The notes under the pieces were generated by a model. It had not been told where the DNA came from. It ran no database searches and was given only the letters and a program-made list of their open reading frames with translations. The position numbers were made by a program, and so were the translations under genes. Shown here piece after piece: positions 1 through 12,172 of a stretch of DNA of 64,000 bases. The stretch spans positions 62,001 to 126,000 of the forward strand of contig JAQGDQ010000402.1 of the NCBI GenBank assembly GCA_030141605.1, read 5' to 3'. The DNA comes from Tubiluchus corallicola (Eukaryota > Animalia > Priapulida). Position 1 is the first letter of the stretch. Every line of letters starts with the position of its first letter.

Positions 1-71
1 AGGCCTGCACCTGCAGACAACCTGAGGGCAAACGAAAATATTATCAGTCATCGCTAAAGTGTTTTACGTAC

Positions 72-858
72 CACTGCATCTTTTCTGCAATCGCCTTCTA
101 CAAATGGATGGCAAGAATTGTATGAATACAGAAAACCATCAGGTCCCTTCACATCTCTCCATCTAAGCAAAATGTAGATCACTTTACAATACTTAATTAA
201 AATTGTAGGAAAGATTCTGACAATAATCTTTTGCAAAAGTGTTCCATCATTTTTATTGCTTCTACGTCGACTTTTTCTAGATTAAAAAGTTGAGAAAAAA
301 TGGCCTACATCTCAGTTGCTCGTTGATTTTTTTAATTTTTATGATAATACCGGAGGAGAATGAAACAGCTTACAACCGATGAGCAATCAAAACTAAGAGA
401 CATATAAATTATAAAACTATTTGTAGCGTGAAGCAATAAGCAGAAAGTTACTTCAATTAAGTTTCGAACTTTACTGTTACTTTAAAGTAAAGTGATATTA
501 ATATCAAGTATCAACGCCATCAATGTCACAATAACGTGGGGAGAAAGTAATTACGTTGTAAAAAGAGAACCCATTATTCAAACTAAAATTTCTCGCTCTT
601 TCTGCAGAACTCCACAAGCTGATTCGTTCTTCTGAGTGAACCAGTCTGTTTAGTCAGTATTTAGTATAGTTGCTATATTACCTGGTATTCTTAGTACTGT
701 GTTATTAATGATATTTTGTGCTTTTATGTGTCTTTATTTTTAGTATATATATATGTATATATACATATTTAGTGTATATATGTATATCTTTATATATATT
801 TATATATATTTTATGTGTCTTTATTTTTAGTATATATATATGTATACTATATTTATAG

Positions 859-892
<34 letters not shown>

Positions 893-957
893 TATGTACT
901 AAAAATAAAAGCACAAAATATCATTAATATATATAAAGATATACATATATATACTAA

Positions 958-1000
<43 letters not shown>

Positions 1001-1629
1001 TTAAAATATTTAAAATTAGAATTAGAATATTCAATATTCAAAAATAGTTTACGTACTACGCCACCTCTTTATAGTGGCTACAATTAAAGAGTTTCTTGTT
1101 CGACGAATTGTTTTTAACTTTTAATAATTTTCAAGTTTTGAGTGAATACCACTTACCTTAATATCCGTTATTTAAGCTCTGACGACCAGAAATGAACGGG
1201 GTACGATTCATGTTGGTTTCTGAATTCGGGTGGTGTCATTACTCATTTTTTCTCCCTTCGTTAATTTGTTAATTTTAATTTCGATTTCGGACAATAATAA
1301 ATGAAAACTTTAAAAAACGCATTAAAAATGTCATATTAATTAGAATGTTAAAAAATGTTTATATCCACTTTCATGTATTTTATGTATAGCAAAACTGTCA
1401 TTTCATATTGAATTAAACTAAATTCATTAAATTAGGAATGAAAGAACAGTCAGAATTAAGCTTACCTCGGATTTTTGTCTATTTTTCCTAAAGAACTGAC
1501 ATCAATCCAACTACCATTACCGAATTCGCAAACGCACGGTTTCTTCTTTATGCAAACACTATCCAGAGATACGTTGACAATCAAAATTACTAACCATAAC
1601 ACAGTAAAATACTGTGTTTGGGTCTTCAT
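72..1629 (-). CDS. M6PR/ATG27-like MRH-domain type I membrane protein, paralog B; 5' partial (gene continues beyond window start)
   Basis: Exon 1629-1466 (not in ORF track): MKTQTQYFTVLWLVILIVNVSLDSVCIKKKPCVCEFGNGSWIDVSSLGKIDKNP(R), signal peptide plus CxC..G.G..IDxSxL, donor AG|GTAAG phase 2. Exon 162-72: WRDVKGPDGFLYSYNSCHPFVEGDCRKDAV, donor GTG|GTACGT phase 0. Same motifs and intron phases as the paralog at 8175-16932. Confidence 0.8.
705..995. repeat. (TA)n-rich low-complexity tract with internal direct and inverted duplication
   Basis: TTTATGTGTCTTTATTTTTAGTATATATATATG repeated; the right half is an approximate reverse complement of the left. Explains the YIYI/IYIY ORFs. Confidence 0.85.
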
Positions 1630-3025
1630 AGTTGGTCTTGTAAGAATTTTTTTACAAAGTCTTCACAACTTCACTAAAATGACATCATAAGTGGATGGAG
1701 AAAGTCACATTGTTCTGAAAAATCGCATTGTTTTCTGTCAAAGATTGTAAATTTACAGATAAACTCTCATTCTCATACCATAATGAAATTTGATGACGGC
1801 TTCCTGTCTTAAAACCGTTATTGCTTTCAGGACCAAATTTGCCTTTCTGTAAATGAAAAAAAGTTTTGATATTTCTCATCTGGTGACGCCTCACTGGCGG
1901 TTTGGTTTTGTTGAGCTGGGGCTTCTGCATTATTGTCGTTTATTCATGGTCAATTTTTTTTTCAATTTAATCTCATCTATGCGGACAACGTTTATACAGC
2001 TTTTGCTTACGTAATAAAAACAAAAACACGTAATAAACTAAAGGCTAACCTATAACTATTCTATACCATTTAGAATATTCAGAATAGTATAGACACTATA
2101 GAGTCTATACAATTTCATTCGACAGTGTCATTATAGTAATAAAATATGTGTTAGCTTTACATTTATAAATATCGTAGTCATTTGTGTGCTATTAATTATT
2201 AGAATTTTAATGTCAAGGTTATTATTAATGATAGTACAAACCCACAGTTAATTAATTTTGGTTTGATCATCATTGATGTGTCTGGTTTTATAACGATTAC
2301 ATTTGGTAGTAATTATTTGAGAATGGGTAACATCATTAGTAGGCGTAGGCCTACTCGCGGGAATGTAATTGTCAAAAGACGCATCCATGTGTCGTCGAAA
2401 TAACTGATTGAAAACACTTAAACTGTCTGCTTGTCAAAAGACATGAAAATGCAAGAAGCCATCAGTACACATCAAAATGTATTCAACGTCTTCAGAGCCG
2501 CTGAGATACACGTGAAAACGCGTTTGATACACATGCAGACTGTGCATGTGTAAGAGTATCAAAGCACATAAAAGTGCTTCAACGTGTAAGCTTTGTAATT
2601 TGACTTAACCGTCATATCACTGCAGCGTCAATAACACATGACTGTACTTCAATAACATGTAAATACCGTTCTGTTTAAAGCTACGTATGTAAAAATAATA
2701 GGAAACTAATACATAACCGGAAAAAAGAAACTGAAATTAACGGAAATGACTCATGTTCGTATTTCCACAATATTCATCATAGCATTTAATAAAAGATGTT
2801 GCGTTGAGCACTGCAGCTTGGCACAATTTGGCAACTAACCACTTATACAAAAACATTGCGTCATTATTCGCAAATTTTCACGTCCCTCGCCATCCGTCCA
2901 GATACTGGAAAGAGATCCAGATTTCAGACTGCAAGTAAAGATGAAATCGACCTAGTTACATTTCTAAAATACATCAGGAAAACATAAACTATAAACATAA
3001 ACATAAATATGAAATAAATTCAGTT

Positions 3026-3569
3026 CAGTGACCTAGCTAGGAAGGGAAGCAACTGCTCCTCCGAGCACGTTTTCAAAACTGGGGCCCTTTCAACAATTTT
3101 TTTAACTCTTTAATTTACTTGCGCGATAAAAGTTGGATCTTTTTTATTTTTTAATAGTATAGATAGCCTTGTAAGAATTTTCTGAAGTCATTATATTATT
3201 TGACCAACCTGCTTCCAGTGTTTGTGCAACTCATTTGTCAAGGTTGATTGTACCAAGGATCAAATTGCCGCAAATCTAATTTAACATATTTTTGTCATAC
3301 GATTGCCCAATGCGTTTTCACGCATGTTTTTATTACGTTTTGAGATTTATGAGCTTACTGTAAAACTTTTTGTCGTGTTTTAATTTTAAATACAAAATAA
3401 CAATTATGTACTTCGTTTAAACCTGTATATTCCCCGCGTTTTGATTTTTCGCACAAAATTATTATGTGGTATATATAATCAATGGGTTAAAAATAGTTTG
3501 GTATGTGTCACGGCGCCTTTTTTGTGTGCTTGCTGCTCTCCCTAACTTTAGAACCTGGCTACGCCCCCG
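3026..3569. mobile_element. hAT-type MITE with 8-bp TSD
   Basis: Direct repeat ATTCAGTT at 3018-3025 and 3570-3577; imperfect TIRs CAGTGACCTAGCTAGG / CCTGGCTACGCCCCCG. Confidence 0.7.
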
Positions 3570-3977
3570 ATTCAGTTGAAAGATTGCACCTTAAACATTG
3601 AATATTTTGTAATTAGTAACAGTGTATTAATCATATAATAGTGTCATTACTCATTTGTATCCATACAACAGTATGTAGCAAAAATGCTGTATTATGTAGT
3701 TAATGATGTAATTCATCGTGTAACAATGATAGTACAAATTCACAATTAATTTGGTTTTGATAATAAACTTGAAAGAATGTAAAAAACAAACGCAGTCTTA
3801 GTCTGTGGTTGGATCCTGTCACTTCTGGCATACGTGCTAATGTCATGTCTGACCCAAAAGAAATGAAAGAAATTATCGACTGCCACTGTCAGAATGGGTA
3901 TGCCGCTTTTCTCCTGTTCCGTTTATACTGCATCGTTAACTCGTGGACTTCAGACTGCCTTCAGATCACTGGGAATA

Positions 3978-4035
3978 TGGTGGCCTAATAGTACAAAGTT
4001 TTGTAAGCAGGTTCCTGGTTCAAATCCAGGGTTGT
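3978..4035 (+). mobile_element. Possible tRNA-derived SINE head fragment
   Basis: A-box-like TGGCCTAATAGT and B-box GGTTCAAATCC; no cloverleaf. Confidence 0.35.
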
Positions 4036-5553
4036 TTTCCAACTTCTTTTGCACATCATTCCTTGTAAGTTTGGTATTAAAATCTAATTAACTGTGAGTT
4101 TGTACCTTTAATAATTATCTTGACATTAAGATTCTAATTAAAATAAAACATTATTTAAACGAATACAAGTAATTGGTGCAGCAATACGTGAGATGAGGTC
4201 ATACGCTTCTATACGGTTTAGATGAAAAGAAAAAACCTACGAAACAGATAGGCGGTCAGATGAGACTGGCAGATATCCATGTGAATTTGTAGTCATCAAG
4301 GAAACGGCTTGAGATAGTCAAGCTATGTAAGGGATCGACAGCCTATGTTCTCTTTTTATAACTGCACATTCTGCACGATTTTTGTAATCCACATGCAATA
4401 TTATTTTAGTCTGTTCGTAGCATTGGTGGATGGTTAAATACTCGGTATAAGAAGCAGTGATACATTCTTACTGAAAATTTTATGGAATATTCATTGATTG
4501 TTTTTATACGATGAGTTTTTGTTGCAAAACATAACTTCAATTTGAAAATTTCCCAATGCTAGCTCGAATTTATACACACTTTGTACGAATAGCTTTATAT
4601 GGTACTGGAAATGCATTTTGTAAACTTGCAACATTTTTACCAATTACTTATTAGCCAATTATTTAAGTTTAAAAATCATTTGGAATGAAACGGAAATATT
4701 TGTTCTACTGTGTCAGTTTGGTGTACTTTAATTTTGACATACCCATTTCGTGTTTACTTGAAAAATGACTAATATATGGCAGGACATTTTTGTCTTTGTT
4801 AGCTAAATTAAATGCTATATGCCTTGGTGTAAACTAAGTTTACTCTGACTCAAACTAATTTAACTGGTGCTACCTGCATAAACAGTAAATTCCAGATGAC
4901 TTCAGTAGGAAATTTGAAAACATATTATAGCATCAACAGTCAATATGAAATAATCATAAAGAAATATATCACTATTAGACACTCTCTAATATCAACACAA
5001 GTAAAAAGACTCAAATTAAACGGCAGTTTAAAATGTTTTTTACAAAGTCAAAACGAATGCAGTTCTACTACATTTAGTAACAAATTATACTAACAAATGG
5101 ACCATAAAAACATCTATAACAACTGTTAAACTTGTAATAACAATAAAACACTGTAGCAACAAAATGAAGTTATATAATTTTTGGATACTGCATATCATAT
5201 AACTCTACAGCTGTTAATGAGTATTACAAGAATTGCAAATTTGCAGTAGCTACCTATGGATTCTATAGAGAAAACAAAATAAAAGCATCACTTTTGTCAC
5301 AGCAATATTAACAAAAACTAAAGTGAATAATGAAAGGTAGTCCAAAGCTAGACCACACAGTATAGTACAGATATAATGAAATACCAAAAAGTGATTAACA
5401 ACAGCAAGTGAACATTTAGACTAAATAGTGTACCAAGAAGTATATGTTTTAGTTCCTGTACAGTACAAGCTGTTTCAGAAGTCACTCACCTGTACTGTTT
5501 ACAGCCATCTAGAAGTACTATTATTGATTAAAAGAAACTAATGTACTTTTAAA

Positions 5554-5883
5554 CAGGGGTAAGCATTCTCTACCAGAAAGCGAATTCGAACTAAATCGAA
5601 TTTGCCACTTTCGAATTTGAATCAAACCGAATTTTAGTATTTCGCATCAAAATCGATTTCGAACCATTAGTAAAAAGTGGTCTTACAAGGTCATGCATGT
5701 TACGTGATTTCGTTCTGCAGTAAAGCCACTAATAGTTTTTTAAAAGCTTTACACAGAAATTGTGCTATTTGCATGCTGTTTCAAATATTTAATGACAAAG
5801 AACATATGTGGCTAAAGTGCTGAATTATTCGAATATATAATTTTAGGTTTGAATCGAATTCGAACATTCGATGCTCACCCCTA
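5554..5883. mobile_element. MITE, probably hAT-like, with subterminal CGAAT/ATTCG repeats
   Basis: TIRs CAGGGGTAAGCAT / ATGCTCACCCCTA; clustered CGAAT motifs at both ends; flanks CTTTTAAA and CATTTAAG may be a decayed 8-bp TSD. Confidence 0.65.
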
Positions 5884-6077
5884 CATTTAAGTAGTTATAC
5901 TTAAAATGCAGCACTGTTACCTTAAGCGTCGCTTATTGTTTCTTCATTATTTCTAAAAAATGATTAAAAATTAGTAGCAACTACAATGAGAACTAACTGA
6001 CAATTTGGATGCTAAGTCAATGCTTACATATCATGAGAGTTTTAATGGTGCAAAACTTGGGCCACGCAGCAATTTAC

Positions 6078-6230
6078 ATAATCGGGCATCCCAGAAGTCA
6101 CTATAGACTACTTTTTCTATAGGCTGGAACCCTGCTGCCATGGTGATCACAGTATTATTAGAAATGAGCTGCAAAATCAGCCTCCTTCGGTCAGCAACTG
6201 AATTTCAACAGAAAATTAGAACACCATATA
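6078..6230 (+). mobile_element. Tc1/mariner-like dispersed repeat, related copy at ~37263-37500
   Basis: ATCGGGCATCCCAGAAGTCACTAT vs ATCGGGTGCCCCAAAAGTCACTAT; both followed by AAATGAG..GC.AAAT..ACTGAA.TTCA.CAGAAA.T.AGAACAC. Confidence 0.55.
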
Positions 6231-8174
6231 TATCACACTATTCACAACGTAATTTAGCTTTCGATTTCCTTTGCAGCAAACTGGTATTACTCTTACTCAG
6301 TAGTTGAGGAATTTTTATTAAAACTTCACATTAATTTTGAAGTTTTGTAACGTTTTCTTCTCCTGCCATGCTGACTTTAGAGCATAGATGTAAAATTGAG
6401 AAGGCATGGCTATATATATATAAAGAGCTTGGTACAGATGAACGAAAACCACGGGCAATACTTTCAGTCAAATTGCACAAAAATCTGAACTACTGCACTG
6501 CACTAGAAAGCTTTGTTATTTTTGCCACCTTCTTCAGGGACATCAAGAGCTTAGACTAATTTAATGGCAAGTCCGGCAAGTATCTTGCATTGAGAAAGTC
6601 TCTCACAGCCCATGAGTGGTGAGGAAGGGATAAACTTTGTTGAAAAATTACAATGTGAATAGTGTGGTATGTATGGTGCTCGAAATAAATTCAGTTGCTG
6701 ACTGAAGTGCCGTACACCAGGCTGAGTACAAAAAATGCAAAGTCTATAGTGACTTCTGGCACATTCTGCTGGTGTAAGTTGCTGCATGAACCATAGTTTC
6801 ATACTATAAAAATTCTCACGAAACATAAGTGTATATTCAGCATTGTCATTTAATTCGTATTGTAGTTGCAACTAATTTTTAATAAACTTTTAGAAATACT
6901 GAAGAAACAACGAAGAACTTCTAAAATGCCATACGTGTAGGGTAACAACACAATATTGTAAGTATAACGATACACTAGTTTATTTTAACCAATAATAGTA
7001 CTTCTAGATGGTAAACCCAATGCTGTGAACAGTAAAGACATAATAGCCTTCGATGGATAAAGTGGTGACTATTATTAAGAAAACAGCAACATTATAAGCT
7101 AATGATCCTTAATCCCATTTTTTCTAAACTAAGACAGACTATAATAGAGCTGCTTAACTGGCTAACATGTAATTATTTACACCGGGGTATTTTTTCATTA
7201 TAACGTATAAAAATAAGCATCATTACAAAATACATTTCTATCATGTTTACATGCTAAATTTTTCAGTACACAGAAAACAGCCTGCAAATACACAACTTCC
7301 TTAAATACAAATAGCGAAAGCATTATTTTAGCATGGATTAGAGCTGCATGACTTCAGCCTTCACACTGCAGAGGTGTAAATTGTCTAGAGGGACTGGTGA
7401 TATCCAACAGTCTGACCACCACTCATCGAGTACTCAACTCCCTCCTGCAAAAAATGCATCACGCTGACTCTTTTTTTCATAAATTTTAAATTTATTAAAT
7501 TTCAGGAATTCAAAGATCACTGTGAAAATTATTAAATTAGAGATGTTAAAACACCAACTCTCTCTCTCTCTTTCTCTCTCCCCCCCTCTCTCACACACGC
7601 ATGCCCACATACACACGTGTGCACGTACACATAGATGCACATACACTTTTTGCAGCTCACACATGCAATGGAATAAGAGTAAAAGTTCTGTTACTGAGTC
7701 ATTTAAGTTTAAATCAAAATGTGACTTAATTTGTATCACAATAAATTCACGGTTATATTTTTTTTAAAATAACATTTATCATATAAACTAAACGACAATA
7801 ATAATGTAAAGCTTTTAACATCTTTTTAGCAATTCTGTCAATTGTAAAATATCTATTACATATACTCTCACACAAAATTTCATTAATAAAGTGCAAGAAT
7901 GAAAAATGAAATAAAATTAAGAAAACTCTGGCAGAAATGATTGCACAGCATTGTCAGATGGAAAAAACCATAACCAAGCATACAAATACAAAGTTCCCAA
8001 ATCCAGATTGTGCAGAGAGCTAGCAACTATGTGCGCTAAGATGTGAAAACAACAAGAAAGTGCTACTATTAATCTAAAGAACAGTGCATAAGAAGCAAAG
8101 ACAAATTAGACGATACAAAACCACAAGTATCGACATAATTATAATATCACACCCATTTTAACAATGCCCGTATC

Positions 8175-11100
8175 TTAAATTCGTTCATAGTATTCCTCTG
8201 TCTTGCACCCACGTACGCAAAACAAGGTGCCGTCCTACAGAAAATAATAAAACACTGCTAAAATTATGATTTGTGAAAGCAATGGCTAAGGACCAAGTTA
8301 GACGAATAAAACCATGTCAAAAAACTGAAATAAGGACTAAGTAGTTTATCAACGAATATGTACTATAACTTTAATATAATACATACAAAGAATATTACAA
8401 GCCATTTTATTTTTTGTCACATAAAAAGTGGGTAACAGTTAAAAATTAAGAATAGTGCCCACATTGATACAATAACACCTTGTAAATACGTTTATCTGTC
8501 ATGATTTTGTATACAATATATAAATTTTATATAAAGTACGTAATAGGTATTATAAATGGCATACAGGTTGAATTAATACTATTATGCAATTACCAAGGAA
8601 ACCCGAATAAAAATACTGGAAATATTATCCAGTAAATCCCGAAGAGTATTGACTTGAACAAAGTTGTTACGTGTGCCTAACGATTTGGGACACCTGCTAT
8701 CTGTACCACAGAGGTGCACCCACTTCTTTTGAGTGTTAAACTTGCAGTTTTACACGGTATTCATTTTGCATAGTAACTAACACTAGGTGGCAGCAGGTAA
8801 GTTCAGCCGCAGACGAAAATAGAATTCAATCAAACTGTATAATTATATATCATTATCCCAGGCATATCTTTTTGCAAATGAACAAAAATGCGTAAAGATG
8901 GATCTCTTATTTTGCTCCGGCTCAAATCGCAAATGCAAAAGGAAAAAAGTCTGCATAAAAAATTTCCTTCGAGCCGGATTTGAACCAGCGACCTAAGGAT
9001 TACTGACGATATATCCACTACAGTCCTCCGCTCTACCAACTGAGCTATCGAAGGAACACACAAAATCGATGCGCTATTTTGCTACAGAAGCTTTCGCTCC
9101 TGCATTTCAAACTGGATTATTGAACTTAACGAGGTGGACCCAAGAAAAGTTCTCAAATACGTCGACATCATTATTCAAGCAGGAAAACCTGAATTAATTC
9201 TAAAAAGCAAAAGAAATTTAATAAAACCAGCTCAATTATACAGTTACTCGAAATTTCATTAGGTAAATGCTTTCCGCTTGCCTCGTTTTTGATAATACAA
9301 AAAAATGCCGCACTTTTAAAGGTAGGAATTGCCACTTACGGTTCCATGCATTAGAACCGCCATTCGTGTTATCAAGTGTAACATTTTTGCCATCATCCAA
9401 TCTAAACTAATCCGACCTCGTCACGTGATCCTTAAAAGCCAAGTATGCGCACTGCGCACAAATTTATTTTGGACCCACAGTGATCAGCTTATAGCATTAA
9501 GTGCGCATGTGCGGGGAGCAGTGACCGACCTACATAGCAAAATACATTGATTCGATGCCAAAGAGTTAAAGCGGGCAGCCTTGACTAGCTAAGTATCTAG
9601 ACCAAGGCCGCACACTGAAAGGATAGGCTGGCATACATAGAAACTACCAAGGCTGTGTTCTCAATCAATTGTCCTTGTCACATTTCAGATATTAAGGTCG
9701 TTGCTCTTTGATGGAGAGGCTCTGAGTTTCCTCAGATTTCCTTTATGCAGGCAGCTCTGCAGCTAATGAACAGCAATGTGCTGAGAGGAGGATATAGCAG
9801 TTAAATCGGGTCAGTTATTTATATCAATAATGAAAATCAATCTACTACAAGTGAAAACGTGTTGATTACTATTACTAAGAGCAACTGGAAGGGAAAAATT
9901 TTGATGGCACAGAGTTTTAATTCCCCAAATTAATCATTATATTTCGTGAAATTAACAAAAAAGTTAGTAAAATAAATATGACATTCTTCTATAGGATGAT
10001 CAATATAACCAGATTTGAACCAAAACCAACGCCTAAGAATAACAGACGATAAACCACTACAGTCTTACACACTACCAATTAAGCTTTGTAACAATTAATT
10101 ACACAACTAGTTTAACTTGTCAAACCAAGGGCAGACAAATTCAAAAAAATTAAATGACAACTTTGTGTTTTTTACGAGTGTCTTTGTTTTAGAAGTATAA
10201 TATAACAAGAAATAAAGAAAAACAACCTAACATTATGCACTCACACCTTTACATGTTTTATTCTTCTTAACAATTTTTTTAAAAAAAATGCAATTTTCCT
10301 GACTTTTGGAATGCAAAAATGTGCTGGGTTAAATTGTTCTGATTTTAGATTGATGCAGTTATGGATTCAGAGTTCAGACACTGTTATACCACACTAAAAC
10401 TATTTTATAACATTTAGCCCGATTTTTACTGAAACATCACGAAATATCTCATATTAAATTTGTTTGGCAATTATTGTTTTGTAGAATCTATCTTGCAAGT
10501 TTTTCCTAGATTACTACAGTAATTTAAATCAGCTACTTATATACAGGCAATTGTGGCATCAGATTTATAAATTTTATAATCTTTAAGCTCACATAAAATG
10601 GTACCAGTTCTTAACTAACCTTACATCCTAATATGTTATTTATTAAAAGCACGAATTACGACCATAGACCTTACTGACTGTCAATATCAAAATATGCTGA
10701 GCCTGATACATGCAATATGTAATAAATATTTAGTAGTTAAATTACTATAGTACTATAGTACCCAAAGTAGGTTAAGTAATTTTCAAATTCAAATAATTAT
10801 TTTTAGTTCTTACAGAAGCTTTCACCCTCGCGGGCTTCATCGGGTGAAAAAACTGACAAGTGCTTGTTCCTTTCTTCCTATGCAGTCGCCGTTTCAAAGT
10901 TTCCTTGCGTTAAAGGCAAGTCTCGGGAGAACTGTTTCATATTTTAAGCCTTATTTCTTATATAAATTTGAAACTTTTTTTGGTTATAGAAATTCAACAA
11001 TTAGTTGAAGAAATATCACAATACAGTCTATAATATATATTTTTAATGAAATGAAAAAGAGTGGGGAAAAACAAAGAGCAAATAGCGAAAAGGCAACAGA

Positions 11101-11958
11101 AAAGAAGAGAGAGAGAGGGAGCGAGGGAGAGAGAGAGAGAGGAGAGAGAGAGAGAAGAAAGAAAAAGAGAAGCAGAGTGGGAACGAGAAAGACAAAGAAA
11201 GGGGAGGAGATTGGGGGAGTCAGAGATAAGAAAATGAAAAAGAAAGAAAGAGAAGTTGATTTCATGGCAAGAAATCAACAAAGCTTTTTTTAAAATACAA
11301 AAAATAAAACCAGAAAGCAAACAATATAACTCACCCGTATCAAAGCAGGCAAATCTGCCCAGAACTCATAATGCGGTATCATCTCTTTACCTTTTGCTCC
11401 TCGAATAACTCCGAGATAAAGGGCACCACCAACGAAATAAACAACAAGCAATACAAAAAATCTGCAAAAAGACAAACATTAACTACAAAATTTATATTGT
11501 GCATGAAATTTACAGTGAATTAAAAGTGAATGATTAGTTACGCAAAGATATTCGCCTCTCATTTTTTAAAAAGTTATTAGCTATTCCACTATCTGTTGCA
11601 ATAATGTTGCAACTTGCAATAAGTCATATTAACATCATAATAAGTAACACTCAAATATATACAGTATTATACAATAATACGAATTAGACAAGAGCCTTAA
11701 AATACAGTGCATCCATTGCTACCCGATATTAAGTACACTTAAAACGTTGTTCATGTCAGGTGCAAAATTTTTGTGTAAACATTGACAACCATTTGGAAAA
11801 TAAAGAATTACCAGGAAAACTATTAAATGCATTATTAGGTTCCTAAAAACAACCCTTTCTGACAGACAATACAAACAAAAATATTTTTAAACTAGTCTGA
11901 AATACAAAGCACTGGGTTACTCGCTTAATTGTTCTTTCTGCCCAACCATTGTCATTCA

Positions 11959-12043
<85 letters not shown>

Positions 12044-12079
12044 CTCCCCTCGCCTCTCTCTTTCGCTCTCTCTTTCGTC

Positions 12080-12172
<93 letters not shown>

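Noticed and set aside
1-21. Possible third exon of paralog B after a 50-nt intron (VVCRCRP)
   Set aside because: Too short, at the window edge, and lacks the expected CQ motif.
6855-6872. Partial resemblance to miR-33 (ATTGTAGTTGCA)
   Set aside because: Seed mismatched and no hairpin partner.
8830-9063. 77-aa ORF
   Set aside because: Incidental translation of the tRNA-Tyr gene.
9419-9429. GTCACGTGAT CLEAR/E-box-like motif
   Set aside because: Lies in the last intron within repeat-like sequence, far from any promoter.
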